A stretch of DNA of 64,000 nt from an uncultured Gemmatimonadales bacterium (GTDB taxonomy: Bacteria > Gemmatimonadota > Gemmatimonadetes > Longimicrobiales > RSA9). The DNA is taken from assembly GCA_963798085.1 (NCBI GenBank), contig CAWCRS010000007.1, forward strand, positions 224,001 to 288,000, written 5' to 3'. Every line of letters starts with the position of its first letter. Position 1 is the first letter of the stretch. Shown here piece by piece: positions 10,885 through 20,482 of this stretch. A model generated the notes under the pieces. It was not told where the DNA came from. It ran no database searches and was given only the letters and a program-made list of their open reading frames with translations. A program made the position numbers and the translations under genes.

Positions 10885-12168
10885 ATGAGCGACGGCGGGC
10901 GGCGGCATGGGCGGATCACGGCGGCGGCGCAGCTCGGCATCACGGCGGCCGCGGTAGCCGCGTCCATCACCGCCGGTCACGCGCTGCTTCTCTATACAGG
11001 CGGTGGTTTCCTGCGCGCCGCCGGCTTCATCATCGCGCTCACGCTGGGCTCAATGGCGGCGGGCCTCTGGGCCGGCGTGGGCGCACGAGGCTTCGCGGCG
11101 ACACGTGCCCGCTGGGTCATCGCCGTTGCGACACTCATCATTGCGGGTTTCTTCGCAACCGCATGGCTGTCGAGCATACCGCTGCGTGATTCCGGTTATG
11201 GTCGCGCACTGGCCGTGCTGCTGCTGCTCGCGATGCCCGCATACACCGCGGGCTCGTTGTTCATGGGTCTCGCGGAAGCCGGACCGGGCGGCGCAACCGC
11301 CGCGCTCGCCGGCGCCGCCATCGGTGTGCTCGCTGCAGCCGCACTGCTCATTCCCCGCTACAATGCGCCGGCGCTCTATCTCGGCGCGGCCGCGGCTGTG
11401 GTGCTGGCGCGCGCACTGCGGCCCTGGGGCGCGCTGCCGGGAAACGGGAGGAACGACATGAATGGCAGAGTGGCTCTCATCACTGGTGTGGGCGCGCGGG
11501 GTCAGGCCGGCTTCGCCATTGCCGAGCGCTTCCTGCGGGCGGGCGCACACGTCATCGTCACCGGACGCGGCGCGCCGGTGGAAGACATCGCCCGCGAACT
11601 GTCCGCACACGGCGATGCGGTCGCGGTGATGGCGGATCTGCTTGCAGGCGACGACGTGGACCGCCTGCTCGCCGTCGTCCAGCAGCGCTTCGGGCGCCTC
11701 GATGTCCTGGTGAACGTCGCCGGCGGGCTCTCCCTCATCAAGCCACTCGCCGATACGTCGCCCGAGGAATGGCGGCGCGAGATCGAGCGCAACGCGGAAA
11801 CCGCGCTGCGCGTGAGTAACGCCGCGTTACCCATGCTGCGCGCGGCCCACGGCGCCATTGTCAATTTTGCCGCGCCCGCCGGCCTGCGCGCCGTGAAGAG
11901 CCTGGGCGCCTACAGCGCGGCCAAGGCGGCCGTCGTCGCGCTCACTCGCGCCATGGCGCTCGAGGAGAAGAGTCACGGCGTGCGCGTGAACGCGCTGGCG
12001 CCCGGCCTCATCGATACCGGGCAGAACCGCCAGAACGCAAGCGACCCCGACGATGCGAAATTCGTGACCCGCGAGCAGATTGCCGACGCGGTGCTGTTCC
12101 TGGCCAGTGATGCGGCTGCCGGCATATCGGGCGAGACCGTGCACGTTCTGGGCGAGGGACTGCGGTGA
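10885..12168 (+). CDS. SDR oxidoreductase with N-terminal multi-TM domain
   Basis: About 190 aa hydrophobic N-terminus, then VALITGVGARGQAG, LVNVAGG, YSAAK, GVRVNALAPG. Confidence 0.85.
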   Translation: MSDGGRRHGRITAAAQLGITAAAVAASITAGHALLLYTGGGFLRAAGFIIALTLGSMAAGLWAGVGARGFAATRARWVIAVATLIIAGFFATAWLSSIPLRDSGYGRALAVLLLLAMPAYTAGSLFMGLAEAGPGGATAALAGAAIGVLAAAALLIPRYNAPALYLGAAAAVVLARALRPWGALPGNGRNDMNGRVALITGVGARGQAGFAIAERFLRAGAHVIVTGRGAPVEDIARELSAHGDAVAVMADLLAGDDVDRLLAVVQQRFGRLDVLVNVAGGLSLIKPLADTSPEEWRREIERNAETALRVSNAALPMLRAAHGAIVNFAAPAGLRAVKSLGAYSAAKAAVVALTRAMALEEKSHGVRVNALAPGLIDTGQNRQNASDPDDAKFVTREQIADAVLFLASDAAAGISGETVHVLGEGLR

Positions 12169-13391
12169 TCCTGGCGCACCTGGCGGACCTGCACCTGGGC
12201 TATCGCGCCTACCACCGCCTGGTTCCCGGCTCCGATGAGGACGCATCGCCCCGCCACAATGCGCGCGAACGCGATGTCTCCCTCGCCTTCCGCGCCGCGC
12301 TCGAGCGCATCATCGAGATGCGCGTCGACCTCGTCCTGGTAGCGGGCGACATCTTCCACACGGTCCGGCCCTCCAACGCCGCCATTGCCGACGCCTTCCG
12401 CCAGTTCGCCCGGCTGCACGCCGCATTGCCGGAAACGCCCATCGTCATCATCGCCGGCAATCACGACTCGCCGCGCGCCCTGGAGACCGGCAGCATCCTG
12501 ACGCTCCTGCAGGAGATCCCCAACGTCACCGTGGTCGATCGCGAGGCGCGTGTCCTCGAGTTCCCCCGCCTCAATGCCGCCGTCATGTGCCTGCCGCACA
12601 ACGTGCTCGCGGGTGGCGCGCTGGGCGAGCTGCAGCCCACCACCGAAGCGGGCACGCAGATCCTCATGATGCACGCCACCGTGCGCGGCGAGGAAGTGGA
12701 TCGCATGCTGGGCTACGTCAGCGAGTTCGGCGGCGCGCAGATCGACATCAGCGACATCCGCGTCGAGCGCTGGGATTACGTGGCGCTCGGCCATTACCAC
12801 ATCGCCACACAGCTGGCGCCTAACATGTGGTATGCGGGCGCCATCGAGAGGACCTCCACCAACATCTGGATCGAGACGGCGCCCAAGGGCTTCGTCACCT
12901 GGGACACGCAACGCGGCAGCGCCACGTTCCATCCGCTCGCCACGCGGCCCATTGTCGAGCTGTCACGCTTCTCCGCGTGGGACGCCGCCCACGCGCGCTT
13001 TCTGGAACCTGCGGATGTGGTCGCGCGCATCCGTGAGCGCATCGAACGCGTGAGCGGCGGCATTGAGGGCCGCATCGTGCGCCTCATCATCGATGACGTG
13101 CCGCGCGACCTGTTCCGCGAGCTGGATCACCGCAGGCTGCGCGAGTATCGCGCGCGCGCGCTGCACTTCCACCTCGACGTGCGCCGGCCCGCGCGCCGGC
13201 CCGCCACGTCCGATGGCCGCGGCCACACGCCCCGTCCGCTCGACGAGGAGGCCGCCGACTTCCTGAATCGCGTGTGGCAGCCCTCGTCCGGCGACATTGA
13301 TCGCGAACGCCTGCTCGAGCTGGCGCAGCAGTACCTGGCCGCCGCCGGCAATGACCCGGACGAGCCCCTGCTCGAACCGTCCGCTCCGTAG
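12165..13391 (+). CDS. sbcD: SbcD/Mre11 DNA repair nuclease
   Basis: HLADLHLG, AGDIFH, AGNHD, YVALGHYH metallophosphoesterase motifs, directly upstream of an SMC-like ATPase. Confidence 0.92.
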   Translation: MILAHLADLHLGYRAYHRLVPGSDEDASPRHNARERDVSLAFRAALERIIEMRVDLVLVAGDIFHTVRPSNAAIADAFRQFARLHAALPETPIVIIAGNHDSPRALETGSILTLLQEIPNVTVVDREARVLEFPRLNAAVMCLPHNVLAGGALGELQPTTEAGTQILMMHATVRGEEVDRMLGYVSEFGGAQIDISDIRVERWDYVALGHYHIATQLAPNMWYAGAIERTSTNIWIETAPKGFVTWDTQRGSATFHPLATRPIVELSRFSAWDAAHARFLEPADVVARIRERIERVSGGIEGRIVRLIIDDVPRDLFRELDHRRLREYRARALHFHLDVRRPARRPATSDGRGHTPRPLDEEAADFLNRVWQPSSGDIDRERLLELAQQYLAAAGNDPDEPLLEPSAP

Positions 13392-13398
13392 CCCGTCC

Positions 13399-15831
13399 AT
13401 GCGCCTCGCCCGGCTGCACCTCACGAATTTCCGCCAGCATGCGGACACGGAGATTCTCTTCCGCGCCGGGCTCACGGGCATCATCGGCCCCAACGGTTCG
13501 GGCAAGAGCACGATTCTCGAGGCCATCGCCTGGGCACTGTATGGCTCCGCGGCCGCGCGCGGCACCAATGAGACGCTGCGTTTCACGCAGGCGCCGAAGC
13601 GCGCGCGCGTCGAAGTCGAGCTGGTGTTCGAGCTGGGCGGCCACGAGTACCGCGTGGTGCGCACGCTGCATGATGCCGAGGTGTTCATCGATGGCAGCAG
13701 TGGTCCGTCGGCCACCGGTCTGGGTGGAACGACAGCCTATCTGCAGTCCCGCCTGGGGATGAACCGTGAGGAGTTCTTCAACACCTACTTCACGGGACAG
13801 AAGGAGCTGCAGTTCCTGGCCAACATGGGAGCCACGCAGCGCGCGCGCTTCCTCAATCGTCTGTTAGGGTACGAGCGGCTGCGCGTGGCGCAGGATCGCG
13901 TACGCGAGCGGCGCACGCAGCTGCGTCACGAGCTGGAAGGATTGCGCACCGGCCAGACCGACCCGGTCGCGCTGGAGAAGTCGATCGCGGTGGCGGACCA
14001 GCGTCTGGAAGTGGCCAGCGAAGAACTGGAAGCGGCCGAGCGCGAGCGCATGGCGGCCTCCGCCGTGGTCGTCGAAATGAACCCGCGCTGGAGTGAGGCG
14101 CAGAAACGGCGTGATCGCGCACGCGAGAACGCGCACGCGCTGGCCTCTGCGCAGAAGGACCTCGGAATGGCCGGGCGGGACAACGAGCGCGCGCAGAAGG
14201 AGCTTGCCGTCATTGCCGAGGCTGCGGCCACGCTCGAGATGCTGGGGCCCGAGCTGGCCGAACTGCCCGCGCTGCTGGCCCGCCACGAGCAGCTGGCCAC
14301 GCAGCGGCTCGCCGCCCAGCGCCGGCAGCTGCTGGTGCAGAATGAGAAGACCCTGCTGGAAGAGCTGGCCGGAGCCTCCCAGCGCATGGCGCAGGTCGAG
14401 CAGGCGCCCGCGCTGCTGCGCGCGCTCGAAGACGAGCTTTCCGGCACGCGCGCCGCATTCGAGGCCGCGGAATCGGAAACCGCCGAACAGCAGGCCGCGT
14501 GGTCCGCCACGCGCCAGGAGGTGGCTACCCGTCTCGCCTCCTACCGCGACCGCGCGCGCGAGCTGCAGGACAAGGTGCGTGAGCTGAGGAAGGCCGGGCC
14601 GGATGGCAAGTGTCCCACGTGCGAGCGGCCGCTGCGCAAGGAGTTCGAGCACGTCGTGGGCCGCCTCGAAGACGAGTACTACGCGCTCGTGCAGGATGGC
14701 AAATGGCTGAGCCAGCGGGAAAGGCAGCTGGCGCAGAAACCCGCTGAGCTGAGCAGCGCCGAACAGCGCCGCGACGAATTGCGCGCCACGGTCGAGGACA
14801 AGGCGCAGCAGCTGGCGCGCTGCGAGCAGGCCGTGCAGGAACTGTGGACCCTGGCCAACGAACGGAAACGCAGGGACCAGCGCCTGCGCGATCTGCGCAG
14901 GGACCTGAACGCGCTCCCGCCCGACACGGATGAGGCGGTCTACGAGGCGCTGGAGCAGCGCCTCGAGCAGCTGCGCGCCCTGGAGCGGCAGGCCGCTGCG
15001 CTGCAGGCCATACTCCAGGCGGAGCCGGAACGACGGCAGCAGCAGCAGGAGGCGGGCAAACTCACTGTTAGTGCAAAACGCCGCATCGGCAGGCTGCAGC
15101 GCGAGGCCGGCAGCATCGACTGGAGCGAGGCCGGCTACGAGAGCATCCGCGCCGAGCACGACCAGGCCAACCAGGCGCTGCGCCGCGCTGAGCTGCACGC
15201 GGTCGAGATGTCCGGGCGCGTGCAGACTGCGGAAGAGGCACGGCGGGCCGCGCTGCGCGAGCTGAAGGCCCACCAGAAGCGCGAGGCACAGGCGAGGCGC
15301 CTCGAGGTCGAGCAGCGCCACCACAATGAGCTGGATGCCGCACTGTCACAGCTGCGCCAGGACCTGAACGCCCGCGTCCGCCCCGAGCTGTCCGAGCTGG
15401 CCAGCGCCTTCCTCACGGAAATCACCGATGGCCGCTACACCGCCATCGAGATCGATGACGACTACAACGTGCTGGTGCTCGATGAGGGCGAGCAGAAACC
15501 CGTGATCAGCGGCGGTGAGGAGGACATCGCCAACCTCGTGCTGCGCCTCGCCATCAGTCAGATGATCGCGGAGCGCGCCGGCCAGCAGCTCTCCATCCTC
15601 ATTCTCGACGAAGTATTCGGTTCCCTCGACATCGAGCACCGCGACAATGTCGTGCAGCTGCTGCACCAGCTCGAGGGCCGTTTCGAGCAGGTCATCCTGA
15701 TCACACACATCGAGGGTATCCGGGAAGGGCTGGACAACGTGCTGCGCGTGGAGTACGACGAGCGCACAGGCGCCAGCCGCGTCAGCGAGGAGTCCGCGTC
15801 GGGCTCACTCTGGACTCCGCTGCTCGTGTGA
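13399..15831 (+). CDS. sbcC: SbcC/Rad50 SMC-family ATPase
   Basis: GPNGSGKST, long coiled coil, zinc hook CPTC, ISGGE, LDEVFGSLD, ITH. Confidence 0.93.
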   Translation: MRLARLHLTNFRQHADTEILFRAGLTGIIGPNGSGKSTILEAIAWALYGSAAARGTNETLRFTQAPKRARVEVELVFELGGHEYRVVRTLHDAEVFIDGSSGPSATGLGGTTAYLQSRLGMNREEFFNTYFTGQKELQFLANMGATQRARFLNRLLGYERLRVAQDRVRERRTQLRHELEGLRTGQTDPVALEKSIAVADQRLEVASEELEAAERERMAASAVVVEMNPRWSEAQKRRDRARENAHALASAQKDLGMAGRDNERAQKELAVIAEAAATLEMLGPELAELPALLARHEQLATQRLAAQRRQLLVQNEKTLLEELAGASQRMAQVEQAPALLRALEDELSGTRAAFEAAESETAEQQAAWSATRQEVATRLASYRDRARELQDKVRELRKAGPDGKCPTCERPLRKEFEHVVGRLEDEYYALVQDGKWLSQRERQLAQKPAELSSAEQRRDELRATVEDKAQQLARCEQAVQELWTLANERKRRDQRLRDLRRDLNALPPDTDEAVYEALEQRLEQLRALERQAAALQAILQAEPERRQQQQEAGKLTVSAKRRIGRLQREAGSIDWSEAGYESIRAEHDQANQALRRAELHAVEMSGRVQTAEEARRAALRELKAHQKREAQARRLEVEQRHHNELDAALSQLRQDLNARVRPELSELASAFLTEITDGRYTAIEIDDDYNVLVLDEGEQKPVISGGEEDIANLVLRLAISQMIAERAGQQLSILILDEVFGSLDIEHRDNVVQLLHQLEGRFEQVILITHIEGIREGLDNVLRVEYDERTGASRVSEESASGSLWTPLLV

Positions 15832-15866
15832 CCCGCCGGTAGCCGCTGCTCCGGCAGGCGGGTACC

Positions 15867-18320
15867 CTAGCGGTTTGCCTGGTCGCGCGCGGTGCCCAGC
15901 GTCACGAACGCATCGAAGCGTTTGGACAGACGATCCGCCGTACTGTCGTTGCCCATCGTGCGATACGCTTCCGCCAGACCGTAGTACGTGTACGCGTAGT
16001 AGAGTGGAATGCCTTCCGTCGCCGAATCCACCCAGTGCGTCCACTTGTCCGGGAACCCGCCCTGATACTGGAAGACGTGCTCGATCAGTTCGTCCGTGCG
16101 CGGCACATCCAGGTACGGGCCGATCAGCATCGCCACCCGCGAGTCCTGCGGCTGACGAATGCCGTTCGTCGAATCCGGCTTCACCGGCCCGTCGTTCAGC
16201 TTGAAAGCCACGCCCTGGCGGATCAGGTAGGGACGCAGGCGCAGCTCATCGTACGCCTGCGTGGTCATGGCGAAATACACGGGGCGGTCATCGATCGACT
16301 GCTTGATCATCCCCGCCATGAACAGGTCCGACGGGATGATCACGTCGTTCTGCGGCAGCGTCGTCTGGATGTTGCCGGCCGAGAATACCCTCGCCTCGGA
16401 CAGCGCGTAGGGCATGGTTCCCGCCGTCGAGTCGATCTCCTGATCCGACAGCGATACAATGGATCGCGTGGGCACGTGCGTGCCCGGCGGCAGCGCCTGT
16501 GTCGGATGGCCCGGCGAATCCGTGGGCGCCAGCAGGTGCGCGTACATCGGTGGCCCCTTGGAGGCCTCGTACGGGCGCTGGCACACGATGCGCGTCGGAT
16601 CCGCCAGCGGGTCCACACCGGGCGGGCAGGGCGCTGTGAGCTGCTTGATCTGCTTCACGTACCACGGCGTGTTCAGGTAGCTCATCACCATGACGGTGAC
16701 GTCACGCCGGATGCCTTCCACTTCCTGCAGGTACCAGAGCGGGAACGTGTCGTTGTCGCCGTTGGTGAACACGATGCCGTACGGCTCGATGCTCATCAGC
16801 AGATTGTACGCCCAGTCTCTCGCCGTGTAATCGTGATGGCGGCTGGCCCAGCTCCAGTTGAACAGCAGCGGCAGGAACGCAATACCCAGCAGCGGCGCCG
16901 CGGCCAGCCGCGAACGCGCCGCGCCCCGCTGCGCCAGGTACTCGGTCAGCTGCTGCCAGAGCACGGTGAGACCGATGCCGGACCAGAGACCCCATAACGA
17001 GAAGCTGACCATGAAGAAGTAGTCGCGCTCGCGCACCTCCGTCATGTCGCGCGGGTTGCCGATGAGCGCCACCAGGTCCCGCTTCATGAGCGCGTCCGGC
17101 AGCGTATAGCCGTACTTGAAGTTCAGGTAGAAGACCAGACCGAGCGACAGCGTGCCGTAGAGCAATGCGATGTAGAGGAAGCTGCGCCGGTCGCGTTGCC
17201 AGTGCGCCCAGGCGCCCACCAGACCGAGGAACGAGAACAGCAGAGTCAGCAGCGGCCGGAAGCCACCGAACCAGCTGAGATTGCCCGCCACCGAACGCGC
17301 CCACTGCCAGTCGAAGTATTCCGCGTAGTTCAGCACCTGACGTGAGAACAGGTGCGCGTCACGCGGCATGTCCTGGTTGGGGAACACGATCGGATTGACC
17401 ATAACAGAGGGTTTGTCGTACTGCCGCCGCTCCAGCGACTCCGACAGCGCCGTACAGCCGGCGCGACCCATGGTGACGATACTCTCCACCGCGCTGCCCA
17501 GCGTGGCGCACGTCGGGTCCGCCTCGTCGATCACCGGCTTGAGACCGGCCCGCAGCGGCAGGAAAAGATGGATGGAGAGACCCAGCACGCCCGCCACGAT
17601 CGACGTGGCGTAGAGCCGCCAGTTGATCAGCGTACGCGGATGGACCAGCAGTATGTAGACGACCAGTGCGGGCGCCGCCAGGAACGCCATCAGGTGGTTG
17701 CCCACTGAAAGCGCCAGGATGAACACCATCAGCAGCAGCAGGTTGTCGTCCTTGCCCTCGCCGATGTGATCGCGCCAGCGGAAAGCCAGCCACGAGAGCA
17801 GCGCGATGGTGCACAGGCTGACCGTGTAGACCTTCTCGTTGACGTTGGACTGGTTCCACACCGTGAAGGCGGTGGCGCTGAGCAGCACGGCCGCCCCCGC
17901 GCCTACCAGTCGCACCGCGCGGTTCTCGGAGAAGTACGCCATGACGCGGTGCGCCACGAGGAACCAGCAGCCGTGCGCCAGCGCTCCCATCAATGCGCTG
18001 AACAGATTGATGCGCACGGCCACCGACAGACCGAACGGGCTGAGCAGGATGTCCCACGTGCGCGCCAGCACTACGAACAGGGGGTTGCCCGGCGGATGCG
18101 GGATGCCCAGCATGTGCGCGGTGGCGATGTATTCGCTGGTGTCCCAGAATTGCGTGGTAGGCGCCAGCGTCGCCGCGTAGAGCAGGAAGACACCGAACGC
18201 CGCGAGGCCCGCCGCCAGGTAGGGCGGCCGGTACGTCTCCGGCGGCTTGATGTCTGTCGACGGGGGCCGCTCGCCACGCGCGCCGGGGCGCGGTGTCTTG
18301 CTGATCGTCTGCGTACCCAT
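15867..18320 (-). CDS. DUF2723/TMEM260-like GT-C membrane glycosyltransferase
   Basis: FWDTSEY, LGIPHPPGNPLF, multiple TM helices, RERDYFF, FTNGDNDTFPLWYLQEVEG. Confidence 0.85.
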   Translation of the reverse strand: MGTQTISKTPRPGARGERPPSTDIKPPETYRPPYLAAGLAAFGVFLLYAATLAPTTQFWDTSEYIATAHMLGIPHPPGNPLFVVLARTWDILLSPFGLSVAVRINLFSALMGALAHGCWFLVAHRVMAYFSENRAVRLVGAGAAVLLSATAFTVWNQSNVNEKVYTVSLCTIALLSWLAFRWRDHIGEGKDDNLLLLMVFILALSVGNHLMAFLAAPALVVYILLVHPRTLINWRLYATSIVAGVLGLSIHLFLPLRAGLKPVIDEADPTCATLGSAVESIVTMGRAGCTALSESLERRQYDKPSVMVNPIVFPNQDMPRDAHLFSRQVLNYAEYFDWQWARSVAGNLSWFGGFRPLLTLLFSFLGLVGAWAHWQRDRRSFLYIALLYGTLSLGLVFYLNFKYGYTLPDALMKRDLVALIGNPRDMTEVRERDYFFMVSFSLWGLWSGIGLTVLWQQLTEYLAQRGAARSRLAAAPLLGIAFLPLLFNWSWASRHHDYTARDWAYNLLMSIEPYGIVFTNGDNDTFPLWYLQEVEGIRRDVTVMVMSYLNTPWYVKQIKQLTAPCPPGVDPLADPTRIVCQRPYEASKGPPMYAHLLAPTDSPGHPTQALPPGTHVPTRSIVSLSDQEIDSTAGTMPYALSEARVFSAGNIQTTLPQNDVIIPSDLFMAGMIKQSIDDRPVYFAMTTQAYDELRLRPYLIRQGVAFKLNDGPVKPDSTNGIRQPQDSRVAMLIGPYLDVPRTDELIEHVFQYQGGFPDKWTHWVDSATEGIPLYYAYTYYGLAEAYRTMGNDSTADRLSKRFDAFVTLGTARDQANR

Positions 18321-18403
18321 GAATTCGATAACCTAACCTGTGACGCCGGTGAGGGGCAGGGGAACCGCCGGCCTCAGGGCTCTGGTCGCGTACAGACGCA
18401 TCG

Positions 18404-20482
18404 TCATTCCTTCTCGGCCAGTATGCTGCCGTCCTGCAGCACCCGGCCGCGCCAGCCAGCCGGCAGCCACAGCGTGGACGAATATTCGAGCACTACGCAC
18501 GGGCCCGCGAGCACGTGCCCGCACAACAGTGCCTCACGCAGGTAGTGCGGTACGATGAAGCGACACCCGCCCGCCGACACTTCCTCGCGCGCCGCCACCG
18601 GCGCTTCGTCGGACGCCGCTGCGCCCACGACCGGTGAGGCCACGCTGGCGCCCGGCGACAGTGCCTCCACTCGCAGCGTCACCGCTTCCACCACCGCGTC
18701 GGGCCGCTGATAGCCGTAGCGCGCATGGTGCGCCGTGTGGAACGCTTCCACCCAGCCGTCAGCCGGCACCGTCAGCTCGAAGCTCTGACCTCGGTAGCGC
18801 GCATCAACGAAGCGGTTTACTTCCAGCGACGACGCCGGGATCCCTTCGTCGCCCATGGCCGCCACCGCCGCGCCCGCCAGCTCCGCGAACGCCGACTCCA
18901 GCCTGGCCGCATCTTCCGCGCGCCAGAGCACCGTGCGCGAAACGTCCTTGCGCACCGGTGCCACCAGCATGCCCCACGCCGACAGCACACCCGGGTCGGG
19001 AGGTACGAGCAGCCGAGGTATCCCCAGGCGCTCGGCCAGCGCGGCCGCGTGCAACCCGGCCGCCCCGCCGAACGGCAGCAGCGTGAAATCCGCCGGATCG
19101 TAGCCCCGCTCCACGCTGATCACCCGCAGCGCCCGCTCCATTGCCGCGTTGGCAACCGCCAGCACGCCTTCGGCTGCACCATCCAGATCGGTCCCCAGTC
19201 CCGCCGCAAGCGCGGCCAGCGGCTGCTCCACCGCGGCGCGGTCCAGCCCGGCGGCTGCTGGCGAGCGCGCGCTGCCTGCCTCGTCCGCCAGCCGATGGCG
19301 CCAGCCGCTGACCGGCAAACGGCCCAGCCAGACATTCGCATCGGTCACGGTGACACGCGTGCCGCCCCGGCCATAGCAGATGGGGCCGGGCTCGGCCCCT
19401 GCGCTCTCGGGTCCCACGCGCAGCGCGCCGCCCGCATCCAGGCGCGCCAGCGAGCCACCGCCCGCACCCACCGTGTGAATGTCGAGGACCGGTACGGCCA
19501 CGGGCAGGCCGGCAATGGTGAACTCGCGCGTGTGCAGCGGCCGGCCCGGACACAGCGCGACATCCGTGGACGTACCGCCCATGTCGAATGAGAGGATGTG
19601 CTCGAGGCCGGCCCGGCGCGCCACCGCCAGCGCGCCCGTGACGCCGCCGGCAGGACCCGAAAGCACCGTGTGCACCGCCTCGCGGCGGGCGCGGCCGACC
19701 GGGATCGCGCCGCCGCCCGAGCCCATGATGCGGACCCGCGCGGCGCCCGAGTCGCTCTCGATGCGCCCGAGATAACGGTCCATTACAGGGGCCACGTAGG
19801 CATTGACCACCGTGGTCGCGGTACGCTCGTACTCGCGGAATTCCGGCAGCAGCTCGCTGGACACCGAGACGGGCACGCCCAGCGCGACGAGCGCCTCGGC
19901 CACGCGTCGTTCGTGCGCGGGGTTGGCGTAGCTGTGCAGCAGGCAGAGGGCCACGGCATCGCCCCGGATCCGGGCGGCCAGCGTCGCCAGTTCCCCGGCA
20001 TGCAGCGGCTCCAGCTCCTCGCCCGCCGGACCCAGCCGGCCCTGCACGCCGTAGCGCAAGTCGCGCGGTACCAGCGGCTCGGGACGCGAGCCCACCAGCG
20101 CATAGAGCTGCGGCCGGTTCTGCCGGCCGATCTCGATGATGTCCTCGAAACCCTGATTGGTGACCAGCGCCACGCGAGCGCCGCGCCGCTCCAACAGCGC
20201 GTTAGTGGCCACCGTGGAGCCGTGGATCAGCAGGAACGGTCGCGCGCCGTCCGGGTGGGCGCCCGCTTCGCTGCCGTCGCCGCCGACAGGCCTTTCCAGA
20301 CTCGACTGTGCCTGCGCGATGCCGCGCAGCACCGCGAGCGCGGGATCCGCCGGCGTCGACGGCACCTTCAGCACGATGCAGCGTCCATCATCCCACGCCA
20401 CCACGTCGGTGAACGTGCCGCCCGTGTCGATGGCGATGATGATTGACTTATCCCTTGCAGCAGGGGATCTTGCCGCGCCCAT
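18404..20482 (-). CDS. Hydantoinase A/5-oxoprolinase family protein
   Basis: IDTGGTFTD, HGSTVATNALLERRG, SGPAGGV, DMGGTSTD, GPESAGAEPGP, DARYRGQSFEL. Confidence 0.93.
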   Translation of the reverse strand: MGAARSPAARDKSIIIAIDTGGTFTDVVAWDDGRCIVLKVPSTPADPALAVLRGIAQAQSSLERPVGGDGSEAGAHPDGARPFLLIHGSTVATNALLERRGARVALVTNQGFEDIIEIGRQNRPQLYALVGSRPEPLVPRDLRYGVQGRLGPAGEELEPLHAGELATLAARIRGDAVALCLLHSYANPAHERRVAEALVALGVPVSVSSELLPEFREYERTATTVVNAYVAPVMDRYLGRIESDSGAARVRIMGSGGGAIPVGRARREAVHTVLSGPAGGVTGALAVARRAGLEHILSFDMGGTSTDVALCPGRPLHTREFTIAGLPVAVPVLDIHTVGAGGGSLARLDAGGALRVGPESAGAEPGPICYGRGGTRVTVTDANVWLGRLPVSGWRHRLADEAGSARSPAAAGLDRAAVEQPLAALAAGLGTDLDGAAEGVLAVANAAMERALRVISVERGYDPADFTLLPFGGAAGLHAAALAERLGIPRLLVPPDPGVLSAWGMLVAPVRKDVSRTVLWRAEDAARLESAFAELAGAAVAAMGDEGIPASSLEVNRFVDARYRGQSFELTVPADGWVEAFHTAHHARYGYQRPDAVVEAVTLRVEALSPGASVASPVVGAAASDEAPVAAREEVSAGGCRFIVPHYLREALLCGHVLAGPCVVLEYSSTLWLPAGWRGRVLQDGSILAEKE

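Noticed and set aside
12165..15831. SMC + nuclease as a Wadjet/Lamassu-type defence system
   Set aside because: Canonical SbcCD with Mre11 motifs and a Rad50 zinc hook; no effector or kleisin genes.
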